A program made the translations under genes and the position numbers. A stretch of DNA of 64,000 nt from an uncultured Planctomycetaceae bacterium (GTDB lineage: Bacteria > Planctomycetota > Phycisphaerae > SM23-33). Of this stretch, positions 58,806-64,000 are shown piece by piece. Where the stretch lies: positions 5,810 to 69,809 of the forward strand of contig CAYNYF010000005.1 of the NCBI GenBank assembly GCA_964401385.1. The letters are read 5' to 3'. A model generated the notes under the pieces. The model worked only from the letters and a program-made list of their open reading frames with translations, had not been told where the DNA came from and searched no databases. Positions within the stretch are counted from its first letter, which is position 1; each line of letters starts with the position of its first letter.

Positions 58806-59138
58806 TCAGACCGTTGGAGCCCGCCCGAAAACTGCCTCGACGTGCTCTGAAAACTCGACCCGGGCATATCCGTTTCCCAACGACCGCACCCGCGCCAGGC
58901 GCTTTTCAAGTACCAGCAGGCGCTGCCGAAGCCCCTCATCACAAAACGAGGGCGTCGCGTCCTGACGCTGAAGCTGGGCGAAAACGGAGCGGAAACATCC
59001 GTGTTTCGCGCCCGATCCGCTTACCGGCCGCTGGGAAACGAACATGGCGGAATCCTTTCCATCCCGGTACGACTCAACGGTCTTCCTCGCCGGCGCTTTC
59101 GGACCGTCCCTGCCGCGCCGACGTTTTCCTGGCTTCAC
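58806..59138 (-). CDS. Small hypothetical protein between mraZ and rsmH
   Basis: 110-aa ORF whose start overlaps the mraZ stop by 4 nt and which ends 12 nt before the rsmH start. No recognisable domain. Confidence 0.3.
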   Translation of the reverse strand: MKPGKRRRGRDGPKAPARKTVESYRDGKDSAMFVSQRPVSGSGAKHGCFRSVFAQLQRQDATPSFCDEGLRQRLLVLEKRLARVRSLGNGYARVEFSEHVEAVFGRAPTV

Positions 59139-59605
59139 TTGTCTCTCTCGGAGGCCCCGTCCAGACCGTCGCCGACGTCCAGGACGTCTTCGCCGTATCG
59201 CGGCAGGGTCTCCTCAACGTAGCGCTCCCACTCCTCGGTGGGCCACAGCTCGATGTGGTTGCCCTTGCCCACCAGCGTGACCTGCTCGGAGATCAGCGCG
59301 CGCTGCATGGACTTTTCCGGCAGCACCACCCGGCCCTGCGAGTCAGGGCTCAGCAGCCTGGCCATCGCGAACATCAGGTCCAGCCGGCGCGACCCACGGC
59401 TGGGGAGCGGATTGCGCTGAAGCGGTGCGAGCATCCGCCGGTACTCCGCATCGGGGTACAGGCACAAATACCGGTCGGGGCTCAGGACCAGATAGAATTT
59501 CCTGCCGTCTTCGGCCGGGTTCATCTGCTCCCGCAGGGGCGCCGGAATCGCCAGCCTGTGCTTGGCATCGATCGTTACATCAAACTCGCCCACGAACAAC
59601 GCCAC
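59135..59605 (-). CDS. mraZ: Transcriptional regulator MraZ
   Basis: Two tandem SpoVT/AbrB-like repeats (FDVTIDAKHRLAIPA, QVTLVGKGNHIELW). GTG start with GAAAGGGG RBS. Confidence 0.85.
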   Translation of the reverse strand: MALFVGEFDVTIDAKHRLAIPAPLREQMNPAEDGRKFYLVLSPDRYLCLYPDAEYRRMLAPLQRNPLPSRGSRRLDLMFAMARLLSPDSQGRVVLPEKSMQRALISEQVTLVGKGNHIELWPTEEWERYVEETLPRYGEDVLDVGDGLDGASERDK

Positions 59606-59629
59606 TTTGTGGCCCCTTTCACCGCTAGA

Positions 59630-59670
59630 AGGGAATTGCAGGGAAGATTAACCACCAGTAGGGCAAGCTG
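59630..59670 (-). promoter_or_regulatory. Phased GGGAA/GGGCA direct repeats upstream of mraZ (MraZ-box-like)
   Basis: agaaGGGaattgcaGGGaagattaaccaccagtaGGGcaag: GGG at offsets 5, 15 and 35, i.e. 10-bp helical phasing, 25-65 bp upstream of the mraZ start. Confidence 0.35.
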
Positions 59671-60006
59671 CAACAAAAAAATTGTAAGTTTTTTCCGGGG
59701 CTGCACCTAACGGAACCCTACTCTGCCCAATAAATTCGCCCTCGGCCACCTAAAGGCCCAATATGTGGGGGATCAACTTTTTTTGGCCGGCTCAAATTGC
59801 CTCTTCCGAAAACGCCCTATCGCCCCACCGGACCCCACGCCCCACCGCCGCCGGCAGGCAGAATTCGGCGCCTCGGCGGCCGCGCGCGGCGAATTCAGGC
59901 GAGACTATCACTCGACGCATGGACATACCTAGTTGGATGCATGATGCCGGTGTTCGCCGCGAAGCCCCCTCGGCAGGATGGACGAAGGCCCCCGTCACTC
60001 CGCCCA

Positions 60007-61143
60007 TCAGCTCACGCGCCCCGGTGCGTCCCCGGCCAACTCCGTGTAGAGGCGCTCGTGTGCGGCCAAGTTGGCGGCGATGGAAAAACGCTCGCCCACG
60101 CGCCGCCGGCCGGCCAGACCCAACCGCGCCCTTCTCGCCGGATCATCGATGAGTCCGGCCACGGCGGCGGCGAGGCCGTCGAGGTCTTCCGAGTCCACCA
60201 GCAGTCCGCTCTTGCCGTCCTCGATCACCTCGGTCAGCCCCGGGACCCTGGTGGCGACGACGGGCAACCCGGCCGCCATCGCCTCCGCCACCGCCAGACC
60301 GAAGCCCTCCCAGCGGCTGGGCAGAACGAGCATATCGGCCGCGCTCAGCACGCCCGCCACGTCGTCGGTGAATCCCAGCCAGACTGCCCAGCGGGAGGCG
60401 TCGTCGCGGCGGAGGAATTCCTCGACGAGGGACCTTTCCGGCCCGTCGCCGGCGATCACAACGCGGACGCCCCTGCCCGCGCGGCGAAGCCGGTCGGCCG
60501 CAGCCAGGAACAAAGCGACGTTCTTCTGGTAGTCCAGGCGCCCGACGAACGCGAGTAGGACCTCCTCATCGGCGACGCCCCAGCCGGCCCGCAGTTGCCT
60601 GCCGCGGGTGAGGTCGGCCGCATAGTCGTCCGGGTCGATGCCGTTGTGAATCACGCCGTAGCGCCACGCCGGCAGGCCCGATCTCCGCGCGTGGTGGTCG
60701 CGGACGGCGGCCGAGACGCACAGAATGCGGTCGCACAGGCCGGCGGCGGCGCGGGCCCAGGCATACTGCCACGGGCGGAAGCGGGCTTCGGCCACGTGCA
60801 CGGTGTGCACCAGGTGCGGCACGCCGGCGGCGCTGGCGGCGATCCTGCCGGCCAGGTCGGCGTGGAACAGGTGGGTGTGAAGCAGTTGGACCCGCTGCCG
60901 CCGCAGCAGCCGGATCAGCCCCAGGAGCTTGACCGCGTCCAGCCGCCCGCGGACGCCCAGCACGGTCACCCCCACGCCGGCGCGCCGGAGCCACTCGGCC
61001 ACCGCCCCGCCGCGGAGGGCGGCCACGTGAACGGCGAAGCGCCCACGGTCGAGCCTTCTGGCCAGCTCGTAGACGCATCGCTCCGCCCCGGCCGGGCGCA
61101 GCTCCGTAATCAGTTGGCAGATACGCAGGCGGCCCATGTCCAC
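60007..61143 (-). CDS. GT4-family glycosyltransferase (GT-B fold)
   Basis: C-terminal EGFGLAVAEAMAAGLPVVAT motif typical of GT4. Confidence 0.85.
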   Translation of the reverse strand: MDMGRLRICQLITELRPAGAERCVYELARRLDRGRFAVHVAALRGGAVAEWLRRAGVGVTVLGVRGRLDAVKLLGLIRLLRRQRVQLLHTHLFHADLAGRIAASAAGVPHLVHTVHVAEARFRPWQYAWARAAAGLCDRILCVSAAVRDHHARRSGLPAWRYGVIHNGIDPDDYAADLTRGRQLRAGWGVADEEVLLAFVGRLDYQKNVALFLAAADRLRRAGRGVRVVIAGDGPERSLVEEFLRRDDASRWAVWLGFTDDVAGVLSAADMLVLPSRWEGFGLAVAEAMAAGLPVVATRVPGLTEVIEDGKSGLLVDSEDLDGLAAAVAGLIDDPARRARLGLAGRRRVGERFSIAANLAAHERLYTELAGDAPGRVS

Positions 61144-61225
61144 AATGTATCGGCAAGGCCGCCCCGGGCAAGATCACAAATCCGCCCTGGAAAAGCGCGC
61201 CCGCGCCCGATACATTCTGCTGGCT

Positions 61226-62077
61226 ATGAGCAGCTACATAGGCACAGACAGAGCGATCATCCTGGCCCGCGGGCTGGGCACGCGAATGCAGAAGCGCGTG
61301 GAAGGGCTTCCCCTGGATGACGAGACCGCCAAGCTCGCCGACGAGGGCGCCAAGGGGATGATCCCCGTCGGCCGGCCGTTCCTGGACCACGCCCTGCAAG
61401 CCATGCTGGACGGCGGGGTGCACCAGTTCTGCCTGATCGTCCCGCCGGAGGCCTCGTCCATCCGGAACTACTACAAGGCCGTGCGCAGGAGCCTGACGGC
61501 CGCGACCATCTCCTTCGCCGTCCAGGCCGAGCCGCTGGGCACGGCCGACGCCGTCGCCGCCGGGCGCCAGTGGGCGGGCGATCGGCCGTTCATGGTCTTC
61601 AACTCCGACAATTACTACACGCCCGAAACCGTCCGGGCCCTGGCTGCCGCCGAGCCGCCGGCAAGCATCGCCTTCGAGCGAGAGGCGATGATCGAAAAGA
61701 GCAACATCGCCCCCGAGCGAATCCGCCGGTTCGCCGTGCTCGACGTCGACAAGGCCGGCTACGTCCGCCGTATCATCGAAAAGCCGCAAGACCCCGACGC
61801 CTACGCCCGCGGCGGAAAACTGTTCCTGTCCATGAACTGCTGGCTGTTCACGTCGGAGATCTTCCAGGCGTGCGCGTCGATCGCGGCCCACCCGATCCGC
61901 AAGGAATACGAGCTGCCCGCGGCCGTGCAGCACAGCATCGACAAGATGCACCTGCGATATCGGGCGGTGTCGCTCGCCGAGGGCGTGCTCGACCTGACCG
62001 GGCGGGCCGACATCGAGCCGGTGCGGCGGATGCTGGCCAATCACCAGGTGCGCTTCCCGGCGCCGGATCTTTGGTAG
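61226..62077 (+). CDS. Sugar-1-phosphate nucleotidyltransferase (NTP-transferase fold)
   Basis: Start at MSSYIG. AIILARGLGTRM (GxGTR) activator motif; about 284 aa. Confidence 0.8.
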   Translation: MSSYIGTDRAIILARGLGTRMQKRVEGLPLDDETAKLADEGAKGMIPVGRPFLDHALQAMLDGGVHQFCLIVPPEASSIRNYYKAVRRSLTAATISFAVQAEPLGTADAVAAGRQWAGDRPFMVFNSDNYYTPETVRALAAAEPPASIAFEREAMIEKSNIAPERIRRFAVLDVDKAGYVRRIIEKPQDPDAYARGGKLFLSMNCWLFTSEIFQACASIAAHPIRKEYELPAAVQHSIDKMHLRYRAVSLAEGVLDLTGRADIEPVRRMLANHQVRFPAPDLW

Positions 62078-62129
62078 GTGCAGTGAGATGGTCTGCTTAT
62101 GCGACCTGCTTGGCAGCGGCGATGCATTG

Positions 62130-63422
62130 ATGGCCCGGTCGGCGTCCGCGCTGGAGCGGCTTTTCGCCCGGAGCGGGCAGGAGCCGGTCATCGGCGTGTA
62201 CGTCCCCGGGCGGGTGGAGTTCCTGGGCAAGCACACCGACTATGCCGGCGGGCGCAGCCTGCTGATGACCGTGAACCGCGGCTTCCGGCTGGTGGCGGCC
62301 CCGCGGCAGGACAAGACGCTCCGCGTCGTCGCCGACGGCAACGAAAAGGACGCCCAGGAGTTCCGCTACGGGCAGATGCCCGCCCACGAGCCGGGCCATT
62401 GGGTCAACTACGTGGCCACGGTCGCCCGCCGGGTGGAGCGGAACTTCTCCGCCCGCGCGGACCTGCGCGGGGCGGACATCGCCTTCGCCTCCGACCTGCC
62501 CATCGCCGCCGGCATGAGTTCCTCCAGCGCGCTGATGGTGGCGACCTTCCTGGCGATCTCGGCGACCAACCGGCTGGACCGGACGCCGGACTACCGCCGC
62601 CAGATCACCTCGCCGGTGGAGCTGGCCGAGTATCTCGGCTGCGTGGAGAACGGGCAGTCCTTCGGGCCTCTTACCGGCGAGGCCGGCGTGGGAACCTTCG
62701 GCGGCAGCGAGGACCACACCTCCATGCTGTGCTGTAAGGCGGGGATGCTCTCGCAGTTTTCCTTCGCCCCGGCCAACTTCGAGCGGGAGATTGCCTTCCC
62801 CCGCCAGGCCGAGCTGGTGATTGCTTCCTCGGGCGTGCACGCGGTCAAGACCGGCCCGGCCATGGAGCTGTACAACCGCGCGTCCATCCGCGCCCGCAGG
62901 GCCTGCCAAGCCTACGACCGCGCCACCGGGGCGGACTGCCGCCACCTGCGCGAGATCGCCGCCAGGGTCGGCCCCGAGGGGCTGCTGGAGGCATTGGAAG
63001 CCATCCGCCGCGGGGCCGAGCCGGCCGACGGCGAGCTGGACCTTCCCGGGAGATTCGAGCAGTTCTTCCGCGAGGACCAGCAGATCATCCCGGCCGTTGG
63101 CGACGCTTTGGCCGCCGGCCAGATCGAGCGCATCGGCGAGCTGGTGGACGCCTCGCACGCCGGCGCCGCCCGCGGCCTGCAAAACCAGGTTCCGCAGACG
63201 AACTTCCTTCAGAAGTCGGCGCGGGAGCTGGGGGCGCTGGCGGCGTCGTACTTCGGCGCCGGCTTCGGCGGGTCGGTCTGGGCGATGGTGGAAAAGGACC
63301 GGGCCGAGGCCTTCGCCGACGAGTGGCGCCAGACCTACACGCGACAATTCCCCGAAGACGCCCAGCGCTCGGAGTTCTTCTCCTCCCGCCCCGGCAGGCC
63401 GGCCGAACTCTTGCAGGATTAA
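62130..63422 (+). CDS. GHMP kinase, galactokinase-like
   Basis: PGRVEFLGKHTDYAGG (GalK signature PGRVNLIGEHTDY) and PIAAGMSSSSAL ATP motif. Start taken at MARSAS. Confidence 0.8.
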   Translation: MARSASALERLFARSGQEPVIGVYVPGRVEFLGKHTDYAGGRSLLMTVNRGFRLVAAPRQDKTLRVVADGNEKDAQEFRYGQMPAHEPGHWVNYVATVARRVERNFSARADLRGADIAFASDLPIAAGMSSSSALMVATFLAISATNRLDRTPDYRRQITSPVELAEYLGCVENGQSFGPLTGEAGVGTFGGSEDHTSMLCCKAGMLSQFSFAPANFEREIAFPRQAELVIASSGVHAVKTGPAMELYNRASIRARRACQAYDRATGADCRHLREIAARVGPEGLLEALEAIRRGAEPADGELDLPGRFEQFFREDQQIIPAVGDALAAGQIERIGELVDASHAGAARGLQNQVPQTNFLQKSARELGALAASYFGAGFGGSVWAMVEKDRAEAFADEWRQTYTRQFPEDAQRSEFFSSRPGRPAELLQD

Positions 63423-63441
63423 CCCGACAGAACCTACGCCC

Positions 63442-64000
63442 ATGGAACTAACCACCAAAGGTGATTACCGGCAGTGCATGGATCGTGTCGAGGCGTGGTG
63501 GGCCCGGCAGATCATCGACCGCCCGCCGGTGACGATTTTCGTCCGCCCGGATCGCCCGGCGCGGGAGATAGCCTCGCATCACACGTCGCTTCAGCAGCAA
63601 TGGCTGGACGCGGAGTTCGCCGTGGACCGGGCCGAGGCCGCGGCCGAGGCGGGCGTCTGGCTGGCCGAGAACTTCCCCAGATACATGCCCAACCTCGGCC
63701 CGGAGGTCTGCGCGAACGCCTACGGGGCGGAGCTGGAGTTCTCGGAAGGCACGAGCTGGTCGATCCCCTGCGTCGGCAATATCCGCGACGTGCTGAAGAT
63801 GCAGCCGGACCTCGAGGCGCCCCACTGGAAGACGATCCGGCGGATGACCGAGCTTTCGCTCCAGCGCGGCGCGGGCAGGTGGATCACGGGCGTGGCCGAC
63901 CTGCACACCAACGGCGACCTGCTGGCCAGCCTGCGCGATCCGGAAATGCTCGCCCTGGACTACGCCGACGACTTCGAGGGCGTCCGCGCGGCCTGCCGGC
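63442..64000 (+). CDS. Hypothetical protein, partial (runs off the window end)
   Basis: Read by hand: ATG at 63442, open to the window end (MELTTKGDYRQCMDRVEAWWARQIIDRPPVTIFVRP...) with strong GC3 codon bias. Not in the ORF track. Confidence 0.45.
   Translation, partial: MELTTKGDYRQCMDRVEAWWARQIIDRPPVTIFVRPDRPAREIASHHTSLQQQWLDAEFAVDRAEAAAEAGVWLAENFPRYMPNLGPEVCANAYGAELEFSEGTSWSIPCVGNIRDVLKMQPDLEAPHWKTIRRMTELSLQRGAGRWITGVADLHTNGDLLASLRDPEMLALDYADDFEGVRAACR

Noticed and set aside
1-64000. rRNA, tRNA, transposase/integrase or prophage genes
   Set aside because: No cloverleaf-like GC-rich 75-90-nt structures with a TPsiC-like GGTTCGAATCC arm were seen in the longer intergenic regions (27148-27422, 29063-29399, 32413-32691, 59606-60006). 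No DDE/tyrosine-recombinase-like products appeared among the translated ORFs.

Overview
This 64 kb window has about 69-70% GC, is densely coding, and shows no rRNA, tRNA, CRISPR array, transposase, integrase or prophage signature. Its gene content suggests a Planctomycetota-like genome (inference): four PEP-CTERM-anchored secreted proteins, two signal-peptide-less sulfatases, and a division/cell-wall (dcw) cluster with no ftsZ/ftsA in the window. Many of the long ORFs in the supplied six-frame track are antisense or alternative-frame artefacts of the high GC; my assignments come from reading the translated products. From left to right: (i) polA followed on the same strand by two tandem paralogous secreted proteins. 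The first of these is not in the ORF track because it runs off the window start. (ii) A divergent membrane-anchored coiled-coil protein with a BRCT-like C-terminus. (iii) A PEP-CTERM protein carrying a pepsin-like double-DTG signature and dockerin-like repeats. (iv) A GH130 family gene. (v) A tightly packed 13-gene minus-strand cluster at 11265-25021 headed by a DeoR regulator: class I aldolase, two class-III aminotransferases, URO-D-like, two Gfo/Idh/MocA oxidoreductases, amidohydrolase-2, NagB-like, creatininase-family, AraA-like isomerase and FGGY kinase. A divergent MFS transporter and a perfect palindromic candidate operator sit next to it. This is the most likely undescribed system in the window. 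(vi) coaD and nadD, an FAH-family gene, an RCC1-repeat PEP-CTERM protein and a second PEP-CTERM protein, an outer-membrane beta-barrel and an MMPL transporter. (vii) A co-directional module of SurA-like PPIase, two cytoplasmic Cys-type sulfatases and an RnfC-like plus RnfD-like pair with no other Rnf subunits. (viii) A minus-strand dcw cluster: mraZ, small ORF, rsmH, LysM protein, ftsL-like, ftsI, murE, murF, mraY, ftsW, murG, murC, murB, ddl, ftsQ. It lacks murD between mraY and ftsW, carries an inserted LysM protein, and has a dispersed GCTGAAA-heptad repeat/hairpin element in two intergenic gaps. (ix) A GT4 glycosyltransferase divergent from a sugar-1-phosphate nucleotidyltransferase and a galactokinase-like GHMP kinase.
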